Positions 16,291 through 23,457 of a stretch of 24,000 bases of DNA are shown piece after piece; positions within the stretch are counted from its first letter, which is position 1; every line of letters begins with the position of its first letter. Origin of the DNA: Limimonas halophila (GTDB lineage: Bacteria > Pseudomonadota > Alphaproteobacteria > Kiloniellales > Rhodovibrionaceae); NCBI RefSeq assembly GCF_900100655.1, contig NZ_FNCE01000001.1:545252-569251 (forward strand), given 5' to 3'. The position numbers and the translations under genes were made by a program. Below the pieces are notes generated by a model. The model ran no database searches, was not told the DNA's origin, and saw nothing but the letters and a program-made list of their open reading frames with translations.

Positions 16291-17740
16291 CGCCGCATCC
16301 GCCCGCGAACCCGCGCCCGACGCCTCGGCCGCGGCCGAACCGGGCGGCTGGCCCGCCGTGAACGTGCCGCGCTCGCACGCGCCCGGCGTGGTCTGGCCGG
16401 CCGTGCCGGACTGGCGCCAGGCGGTGGTCCTGGGGCTGCTGCACCAGTTCAACCAGGCGCAGTGGTGGTCGCCGGACGACCTGTGGCACTGGCAGCGCGC
16501 CCAGGCCGCGCGGCTGATCCTGCACGCCCAGAAGCACGTGCCCTTCTACCGCAAGCGCCTGAAGCGGGTGCCCATCTTGCGCGACGGCACCGTGCCGGAA
16601 GGGGCGTGGCGCCGCATCCCGTGGCTGCGGCGCGAGGACATGCAGAATCAGTACGAGGCCCTGTGCAGCCAGGCGATCCCCGAAGGCCACGGGCGCGTGT
16701 CCGCCGTGCATTCCTCGGGCTCGACCGGCCGGCCCATCAAGGCGCTGCGCACGCAGCTCTCGGTGCTGTTCTGGGAAGCCTTCACGCACCGCGACCACGA
16801 CTGGCACGGCCGCGACCGCAACCAGACGGTCGCCGTTATGCGCCACGCGGGCGAGGGGGACGACCCCTATCCCGAGGGCACGCGCGCCCGCAACTGGGGC
16901 AAGGAGCCCACGGCCGTCTACGACACGGGGCCGTGCGTGGCGCTCAACCTCAACACGCCGTTGGATCAGCAGGTGGAGTGGCTGCAGCGCCAGCAGCCCG
17001 CCTATCTGCTCACCTTCCCCTCGAACGTCGAGCGCCTGGCCCGGCACTGCCTGGAGACCGGCGCGCGCATCCCGACGCTGCGGCAGGTGCAGCTCATCGC
17101 CGAGGTGGTGCGCCCCGAGCTGCGCGAGCTGGTGCGGGCGGCCTGGGGCGCCGAGGTGGTGGACACCTACAGCTCGCGCGAGGCCGGGTATCTGGCGCTC
17201 CAGTGCCCCGAGCACGAGCACCTGCACGTGCAGAGCGAGGGCGTCATCGTCGAGGTGCTGAAGGACGACGGCACGCCCTGCACCCCCGGCGAGATCGGGC
17301 GCGTCGTGGTGACGCCGCTGCACAACTACGCCATGCCGCTGATCCGCTACGACATCGGCGACTACGCGGAAGTGGGCGAGCAATGCCCGTGCGGCCGGGG
17401 GCTCCCGGTGCTGCGGCGCGTTCTCGGGCGCGCGCAGACCACCTTCGTGCTGCCCGACGGCAGCCGGCGGTGGACGCTGCTGTCCAGCGGCGAGATCCGC
17501 GAGCTGCTGGCGATCGGCCCCATCCGGGGCTATCAGTTCGTGCAGACAACCACGGACCATGTCGAGGCGCGGCTGGTCGCCGACCGCGCGCTCACGACCG
17601 ACGAGGAAGAGCAGGTGCGCGGCTGGCTGCGCCACAAGCTGCAGCATCCCTTCGCCGTCACCATCGCCTATCGCGACGAGCTGCCGCTGACGGCCGGCGG
17701 CAAGTTCTTCGACTTCATCTCGGAGGTTGCCGCGCCATGA
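16283..17740 (+). CDS. PaaK / coenzyme-F390-synthetase / CapK-like adenylate-forming ligase (ANL superfamily)
   Basis: 485 aa. It carries the AMP-binding motif SSGSTGRPIK, the YSSREAG and PLIRYDIGD regions, and a C-terminal GGKF. GGAGGA lies 8 nt upstream of the ATG. The gene overlaps the ppd stop by 8 nt. Confidence 0.75.
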   Translation: MPDAASAREPAPDASAAAEPGGWPAVNVPRSHAPGVVWPAVPDWRQAVVLGLLHQFNQAQWWSPDDLWHWQRAQAARLILHAQKHVPFYRKRLKRVPILRDGTVPEGAWRRIPWLRREDMQNQYEALCSQAIPEGHGRVSAVHSSGSTGRPIKALRTQLSVLFWEAFTHRDHDWHGRDRNQTVAVMRHAGEGDDPYPEGTRARNWGKEPTAVYDTGPCVALNLNTPLDQQVEWLQRQQPAYLLTFPSNVERLARHCLETGARIPTLRQVQLIAEVVRPELRELVRAAWGAEVVDTYSSREAGYLALQCPEHEHLHVQSEGVIVEVLKDDGTPCTPGEIGRVVVTPLHNYAMPLIRYDIGDYAEVGEQCPCGRGLPVLRRVLGRAQTTFVLPDGSRRWTLLSSGEIRELLAIGPIRGYQFVQTTTDHVEARLVADRALTTDEEEQVRGWLRHKLQHPFAVTIAYRDELPLTAGGKFFDFISEVAAP

Positions 17741-18729
17741 CCACACGGCGGACGCTTCTCGGCACGCTCGGCGGCCTCGCCGGCGCGGCCGTGTTGCCCT
17801 GGCCGCTGGCGGCGGGTGAGCGCGCACGCCGCGAACCGCTGACGTTCATGGGGGTGTCGGGCCGCGTGACCCTGGCGGACCCCGGTGACGGCCGCGTCGA
17901 GGCCGCGCTGGCGCAGGTGCGCCGCGAGCTGCGGCGCCTGGAAGCGGCCGTGAGCCTCTACGATCCAAACAGCGAACTCTCGCGCCTCAACCGCGACGGC
18001 CGGCTGGCCGGGGCCTCGCCGGCGCTGCGCGCGGTGCTGGACCGGGCGTTGGCGGTCGCGCGGGCCACGGACGGCGCCTTCGATCCCACGGTGCAGCCGC
18101 TGTGGGAACTGCACGCGCGTTTCTTCCGCGATGCGAACGCCCCCGCGCCCCCGCCGCAGCTGCTGCGCGAGCGCGCGGCCGGGCTGGTCGATCATCGGCG
18201 CGTGCGCGTGGACAGCGATGGCGTGGCGTTCGACCGGCCCGGCATGGCGGTGACGCTCAACGGCCTGGCGCAGGGCCGCGCCACGGACCTCGTCACCGAA
18301 ACGCTGCGCCGTCATGGCCTGCACCGGCACCTTGTGGATCTGGGCGAATTCAGCGCCCGCGCCGGAAACGACGGCGAGCCGTGGCGTGTGGGCGTGGCCG
18401 CGCCGGCGGGCGGGCGGCTGACGCTGGTGCGCACTGTCCCGCTGACGTCGGGTGCGCTCGCCACCTCGGCAGGCTACGGCACACCCTTCGACGCCGAAGG
18501 CCGGCACCACCACCTCTTCGATCCCGCGACCGGCGGCAGCACCACGCGCCACGCCAGCGTCAGCGTCACCGCGCCCGACGCTGCCACCGCGGACGCGCTG
18601 TCGACCGCCTTTTCGGCCATGCCCACGGGCCGCATCGCCGCCGTGGTCGCGGACCGGCCGGGGCTGGGCGCGCTCGTCGTGGATCACGCCGGGGCGGTAG
18701 AAACCTTCGGCCGCTTTGCGGCGGCGTGA
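17737..18729 (+). CDS. apbE: FAD:protein FMN transferase (ApbE family), Tat-exported
   Basis: There is an ATGA overlap with the ligase stop. The twin-arginine signal is MTTRRTLLGTLGGLAGAAV. ApbE motifs are FDPTVQPLWELH, LNGLAQGRATD and TSAGYGTPFDAEGRHHHLFDPATG. The first 425 codons of the 755-aa ORF-track entry lie out of frame over the ligase gene and are ignored. Confidence 0.85.
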   Translation: MTTRRTLLGTLGGLAGAAVLPWPLAAGERARREPLTFMGVSGRVTLADPGDGRVEAALAQVRRELRRLEAAVSLYDPNSELSRLNRDGRLAGASPALRAVLDRALAVARATDGAFDPTVQPLWELHARFFRDANAPAPPPQLLRERAAGLVDHRRVRVDSDGVAFDRPGMAVTLNGLAQGRATDLVTETLRRHGLHRHLVDLGEFSARAGNDGEPWRVGVAAPAGGRLTLVRTVPLTSGALATSAGYGTPFDAEGRHHHLFDPATGGSTTRHASVSVTAPDAATADALSTAFSAMPTGRIAAVVADRPGLGALVVDHAGAVETFGRFAAA

Positions 18730-18739
18730 CGGGCTCAGC

Positions 18740-19840
18740 ATGGCCGACGACGACGCGCCCATTCTGCTGACGCCGGGGCCGCTTACGACCTCCGCCGGCG
18801 TCAAGGCGGCGATGGACCGCGACCACGGCTCGCGCGATCCGGGATTCCTGGCGCTGACGCAGCGCGTGCGCGAACGCCTGCTGCGTGTCGTCGGCGGCGA
18901 TCCGGCAACGCACGCAGCCGTGCCGCTCGCGGGCAGCGGCACCACGGCCGTGGAGGCCATGGTGCTATCCCTCGTGCCGCCCGACGGGCGGCTGCTGATG
19001 CTGGTCAACGGCGCCTACGGCGAGCGCATGGCGCAGATCGCCCGCGCGGCCGGTCGCGACGTGACGACGCTGACCTGGCCGGAAGACAGCCCGGTCGATC
19101 CCGGGGCGGTGGACGCGGCGCTGGCCGCCGATCCGGCCATCGGGCACGTGGCCGTGGTCCACGTCGAAACCACCACGGGGCTGGAAAACCCCCTGCATGC
19201 GATCGCGCGCACGGTCCAGGCGCGGGGGCGGGCGCTGCTCGTGGATGCGGTCGCGAGCGTCGCGGCCACACCGTTGGATTTGCAGGAAACGCCCGTCCAC
19301 GCCCTGGCGGGCACGGCGAACAAGGGGCTGCAGGGCGTGCCGGGGCTGGCCTTCTGTGTCGCCCGGCGCGATGCGCTGGACGCGGCGGACGGTCGCGCGC
19401 CCAGCCTCACGCTCGATCTGGCCGCGCAGTGGCGGCGGTTCCAGCGCGATGGGCAATGGCGCTTCACGCCGCCGACGCACGCGGTCGCGGCCCTGGATCG
19501 CGCCCTGGACGAGCTGGACGGCGAGGGCGGCGTGCCGGCCCGCATCGCCCGCTACCGCGACAATTGCGCCACGCTGCGCGCCGGCCTGCGCGCGCGCGGG
19601 TTCGTGCCGCTGCTGCCCGACGCGCACCAGGCGCCCACGATCGTTACGGTGCACCGGCCGCCCGAGCTGGCGTTCGATGCGCTCTACGACGGTCTCGCCG
19701 CGCGCGGATTCCTCATCTATCCGCGCAAGCTGACCGCGGCCGAAACTTTCCGCGTCGGCTGCATCGGCGCCATCGGCCGCCGCGAGATCGAGGGATTCCT
19801 CATTGCGCTCGACGACGTGACGGCGAGCCTGCGCCCATAG
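18740..19840 (+). CDS. phnW: 2-aminoethylphosphonate:pyruvate aminotransferase (class V)
   Basis: 366 aa counted from ATG 18740. The N-terminus is ILLTPGPLTTS, and TANKGLQGVPGLAF contains the PLP lysine. Its position directly after pepM and ppd argues for a biosynthetic role. Confidence 0.85.
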   Translation: MADDDAPILLTPGPLTTSAGVKAAMDRDHGSRDPGFLALTQRVRERLLRVVGGDPATHAAVPLAGSGTTAVEAMVLSLVPPDGRLLMLVNGAYGERMAQIARAAGRDVTTLTWPEDSPVDPGAVDAALAADPAIGHVAVVHVETTTGLENPLHAIARTVQARGRALLVDAVASVAATPLDLQETPVHALAGTANKGLQGVPGLAFCVARRDALDAADGRAPSLTLDLAAQWRRFQRDGQWRFTPPTHAVAALDRALDELDGEGGVPARIARYRDNCATLRAGLRARGFVPLLPDAHQAPTIVTVHRPPELAFDALYDGLAARGFLIYPRKLTAAETFRVGCIGAIGRREIEGFLIALDDVTASLRP

Positions 19841-20186
19841 CTTGCAGTTGGACGCCGCCGCGACCCCATGCACTCGGATGGGCGAGCCGCGCACACCGCT
19901 CGGATCGACGTACCTGATCGGGATTACAAGTTGACGAATGCCGCGCCGACAACCGCGCTGGCATCACTGACGCAGGCCATAAAAATGGCTGGGGGACCAG
20001 GAAGCGCTCCCTCCACCGATAAATTCTTTGTTTTTCAATTTCTTAGCGAGTTGGTCCATCCTTGTGTGGACAAGCGCTGTGGACTCCCGCTGTGTCATTG
20101 CCACGTCCCCTCACTGGGTGGCTTATTCGTGATGCGAAGCCCATGGCTAGGACTACCCAGAGTACACGGTAATTGATGGCGCAAAG

Positions 20187-20704
20187 TTAGAATAGCTCGT
20201 TCGGGGTCTCGATAACGTTGCGGGCGACGTGCGGGGTGACGCCCTGTTCGCGCAGCTCCGCCACAAAGTCCTTGGTGTCGTAGCCTTTGTCGGCGCCGAG
20301 CGTTCGCCTTGCGTGTCGGGCATGTGCAGCGCGGCCATTCTCTTCGTAGGCGGGGTGCGCACGTCCACGACGCGACCGTGCCTGTTCTTGGTGAACACAC
20401 GATCCATGTAAGCGAGTCCCGATGTTTGGCCCGCGGCTTTGTGGAACAGATGTAAACCCGGATCGGCGCTCGAGCGGCTGGTGGCGTTAGAACGGCGTTC
20501 GCCGCGGAAAAACTCCGCCCATGTTGCACGGGTCGGTCGCCCCGCAATCCCAGGTCCGTAACCGCAGTTGTCGTTCCCACTCTCACGATCGACTGGATAG
20601 AAGTTCCCAACCAACACCTAAGCTTGGATCAGCGCGCCGCCGACCGAGCGATGGTCCAAACTCAACAGCGCCTTCGCGCGCTCATTCTCCAGTACCACCG
20701 TAAG
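20187..20704 (-). pseudogene. decayed internal fragment of an IS5/IS1182-family DDE transposase
   Basis: The minus-strand translation reads TVVLENERAKALLSLDHRSVGGALIQA*VLVG...FFRGERRSNATSRSSADPGLHLFHKAAGQTSGLAYMDRVFTKNRHGRVVDV. After a frameshift it continues TLGADKGYDTKDFVAELREQGVTPHVARN and ends abruptly. There is an in-frame TAG where Trp is expected. The N-terminal part and the C-terminal roughly third of the protein are missing. Confidence 0.7.
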
Positions 20705-20734
20705 AAGTTATTCGTTATTTTGACTCAGAATAAG

Positions 20735-21185
20735 TCACATATCGCGGCTGGGGATGTTGTGCTCCTGGGCGCCCTCGGCACCCACGGCGTCCGCGTAGAT
20801 GGCCGTGGTGCTGAGCTGCGCGTGGCCGAGCCACTTCTGCACCATGTTGAGCGGAATACCGGCCTGCATCGCCGCCACGCCGAAGCCGTGGCGCAGGCCC
20901 TTGGGCGTGGCCTGCGGGCCGTCCAGGCGGGCCTCGTGCATGACGGCCGCGACGTGCCGCCAAGCGGTCGGCCGGCTCCACGACCATAAGCACACGCCGC
21001 GCGCGACTGCGCCGCTGCAGTTGGCGGACGTCGTGCACCAACTCCAGCGCGTCGAGCACACTGGTTGGCACGGGCACGGCCCGATACACGGCAGACCGGC
21101 GCTCTTCAGCCGTTAGGTGCTTTCGCGGGCCTTGGGCGTCGTAGAGTTCCAGGTGGGCGGGCGCGTGGTCGGTGCGCGCGGTCAT
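20735..21185 (-). pseudogene. short tyrosine recombinase/integrase, frameshifted and probably internally deleted
   Basis: The C-terminal catalytic region reads PKGLRHGFGVAAMQAGIPLNMVQKWLGHAQLSTTAIYADAVG (the R-H...H...Y box). The N-terminal frame starts at ATG 21183-21185, with GGAG upstream, and reads MTARTDHAPAHLELYDAQGPRKHLTAEERR. The two parts are in different frames, since the 451-nt span is not a multiple of 3. The region carrying the first catalytic Arg appears to be absent. Confidence 0.6.
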
Positions 21186-22361
21186 GTGATCTCCGTGTAC
21201 GCATGCCGCGCCTTTACGGCCGCCGCATGCTGCAGTGCGCGCAAGGCCGCCTCCGGGTTGTGGGTCGGCATTGAGGGAGGGTGCCGATTGGCCCCGTAAG
21301 TTAGTGATGCACATGACTTTCCAGGGGTTAGACGCTGACGCCGATCGACACGCAGGCGCTTCTTTGTGCTTCACGCGGAGGCTCTCGCGGTTACATACGA
21401 CAACAAGGCGCCCGGCAATTCCGCCCGGCGGAATATTGGCCGATACCCAGCACACACCTCCCCCGCGTTTTTTCTTCCGCAGCGCAAACGGGCGGCAGGC
21501 ATCTGCGCGGTCGGCAGCAGGCACAGCAAGCATCAGCAGAGCGCGAACAGCAACTGCGAACGAGCGCCAGGGCGGGGGAGGACCCTTCGCTAGACCCGGC
21601 CCATGTGATCCTGTTCGCGAGGTGGTGGCGAGCGCCGGGCACTGCTTGCTCTCGGCACGTTCAGGCTGTCGGCCGCGGCTCGCCGGCGGGCATGGTGCGC
21701 GTTGCTTTCAGGTGGCTCGCTGCAGCGCTGTCACCGGCACCGGTGGAAAACGCGGCTGGCAAGGCCAGCGTGGTCGTGGCGGAGCCGATGCTCGCCAAGG
21801 TGTAAGCGCGATCGACCCAGTCCGGCCGCGCCGCGCGGGTGTCAGCTGACCGCACTGCGCCGTCCTGCGGCGCGTCCAAGATCGCGGGCAGCGGGGCGGC
21901 TTTTGTATTCGGGGACAGCAAGGTGCGCCTGTCGCGCAGCTTCGAGAAAGTGGGGAAGGGCAACAAGGAGAACGGGGTTGGCGATCCGTGTCGCCCCCTT
22001 CGCCACCACGATGAAGAACCTTTGTGCACGCGCATTTTCCTATGCGCTTCCCACCGCTGGGAGATGAAAGTGTATTCGCTTCACTCACCGGCCAAGGGCT
22101 TGTGCCAGAACGTTCCTGGCGTTTCGCTATGACATCTTGGGGAGCTCCCTTCGGAGACGCTCGTGGGACACGTAGGGCTTTGAGAGGGTGGGTATGCAGA
22201 GTTCGAACGGTGTTCATCAGGCTGCATGGGGTTTTCCAGATGCAGTGTGACGACGTGACCCAAGATCATGGCTATGTTTCTGCTTTCCCTGAATAATTCG
22301 ACTTTTTGCTTGATGAATGAATCAACGCGTGTGGTGATTCAGCGGCTCTCGTGGATTAGGG

Positions 22362-22389
22362 TTGACGGAAATTGAAAACATAATATAGA
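22362..22389 (+). promoter_or_regulatory. near-consensus sigma70-like promoter candidate in an AT-rich island
   Basis: The element is TTGACG (22362-22367), a 16-nt spacer, then TATAGA (22384-22389). No annotated gene lies downstream, only a 32-codon ORF without an RBS. Confidence 0.3.
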
Positions 22390-22760
22390 TCAATTATTTA
22401 TGAGCTATGATTTTGATAGGCTGCATTTTGCAGATTCATCAACGAATCGAGCGACCTCTTTATTAATTCAGGTAGACGCGTTGTTTCTGCATCACTGATG
22501 CACTGTGTTGACAAGATAAAGCTGCGCTCGAAGCCGTCTGAGCCGCCTAGCGAACGAGGCGATCAGGGCCGGGTCTAGCGCGTGCCTGCCACCATCCAAT
22601 CGCTGCATCTCGCGCTGATGCGAAACAGCCACGTAAGCGCTTACTGGGGCGCCTCTGGCTTTCAGGGGCGGGCCCCACGTAGCCCCCAACCCCCAAAGGC
22701 CCCTCAGCGGCGAAAAAATCGGCCCTGGCGGGCATCTCTGCGCGCGATCAAACCCCGGCT

Positions 22761-23213
22761 CTAGTAGCCGACGCAGCGAACGCTGCCATAGCCGGTCGGG
22801 AAGCACTCGATGTCGACGGTCGGCGTGGGCGGCGTCTTCCGGGGCCGGGCCGGCGTCATCTCCGGCACCTCGGCCTGATGAATGCCGTCCCTGGCCGAGA
22901 CCTCCAGGTAGAGCGATCCGTTCCGGCCGAAGCTGTAGCTGACGCTCGTATTGCTGCTCGGCGCGTCCCAGATCCCCTGACAGCCGGCGTACGAGCCGTC
23001 CATGCTCTCGAACCGGAGCCGGCACAGGGAATCGTCGACCCAGGGCCTAGCCGCGAAGGTCTCCGCCAGGGCCGGGTGCGAGAACGCCGGGTCGGTCTTC
23101 GACGTCTCCGGCCAGGGCGTGTCGGCGAGGGCCGGGCCGAAGGGCAGGGTGAAGGCCAAGCCGAGGGCGAGGGCATGCCGAGAGCGTGATCGGTGCCGGG
23201 GTAAGCTGTCCAT
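22761..23213 (-). CDS. hypothetical secreted protein (150 aa, 4 Cys)
   Basis: AGGAGA lies 7 nt upstream of the ATG. The signal-peptide-like N-terminus is RHALALGLAFTLPFGPALA/DT. Third-position GC is high within an otherwise lower-GC island. I recognise no family. Confidence 0.4.
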   Translation of the reverse strand: MDSLPRHRSRSRHALALGLAFTLPFGPALADTPWPETSKTDPAFSHPALAETFAARPWVDDSLCRLRFESMDGSYAGCQGIWDAPSSNTSVSYSFGRNGSLYLEVSARDGIHQAEVPEMTPARPRKTPPTPTVDIECFPTGYGSVRCVGY

Positions 23214-23268
23214 CCATCATTCTCCTGTCGGTGAGGGCTTCCAACCTTGCGGCGCGCAGCGCCGCGCA

Positions 23269-23304
23269 CAAGAAAGATAGATCCGTCAGGATCTATCTTT
23301 CTTG
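23269..23304. repeat. perfect 16-bp inverted repeat with a 4-nt loop
   Basis: The sequence is CAAGAAAGATAGATCC-gtca-GGATCTATCTTTCTTG, verified base by base. A GC hairpin GCGGCGC-gca-GCGCCGC at 23249-23265 immediately precedes it. Confidence 0.85.
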
Positions 23305-23355
23305 CTAGTCTTCTTAACTCTCTCTTACTTTCTTTCTTCTATAAGAATCTCTAAT

Positions 23356-23404
23356 AGTATATTTATTATATAATATAAGAGTATCTTTATTATATAGTAT
23401 CTAG
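23356..23404. repeat. imperfect tandem duplication of about 24 bp inside a roughly 100-bp AT-rich tract
   Basis: Unit 1 is AGTATATTTATTATATAATATAAG. Unit 2 is AGTATCTTTATTATATAGTATCTAG. The units share AGTAT-N-TTTATTATATA-N-TAT. Confidence 0.7.
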
Positions 23405-23457
23405 AATGTGCGCACGCGTGTGTGTGCGAGCGCGCCCACGCGCGCGAACGCGCGGGG

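Noticed and set aside
16462-18729. 755-aa ORF on the plus strand
   Set aside because: The first ~425 codons are an alternative frame of the ligase gene with an Arg/Ala/Pro-rich composition. The real gene is ApbE, from ATG 17737.
18740-19840. phnW as part of a phosphonate catabolic (phnWX or phnWAY) pathway
   Set aside because: No phnX, phnA/phnY or C-P lyase genes are nearby. The gene is translationally linked to pepM and ppd, which points to biosynthesis.
9861-19894. Further long antisense ORFs (9861-11168 -, 11898-13253 -, 12212-13906 +, 15941-17827 -, 17668-19008 -, 18965-19894 -)
   Set aside because: All lie opposite well-supported genes. They have no RBS or recognisable domains, and they show the amino-acid bias expected from GC-rich non-coding frames.
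21182-21271. 29-codon ORF (MPTHNPEAALRALQHAAAVKARHAYTEIT) whose TGA overlaps the recombinase ATG as ATGA
   Set aside because: There is no Shine-Dalgarno sequence; the upstream sequence is CCCTCCCTCA. The ORF has no recognisable family. It is probably a chance frame or a relic of a truncated upstream gene.
19841-22300. A tRNA or tmRNA gene as the integration target of the mobile DNA
   Set aside because: I found no cloverleaf-compatible sequence. The only GTTCGAA (about 22200) lacks complementary T-arm flanks, and there is no acceptor-stem pairing. A tRNAscan run would be the decisive check.
20735-23400. Integron (an intI-like recombinase with downstream cassettes)
   Set aside because: The recombinase is far too short for IntI and lacks its characteristic extra domain. 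The only candidate cassette ORF is on the wrong strand. No attC-like sites (R''-L''...L'-R') were seen.
23305-23405. The AT-rich repeats, or the QG-coding repeats at 9585-9617, as a CRISPR array
   Set aside because: There are only two imperfect adjacent units without spacers in one case, and an in-frame hexanucleotide microsatellite in the other. No cas genes are present.
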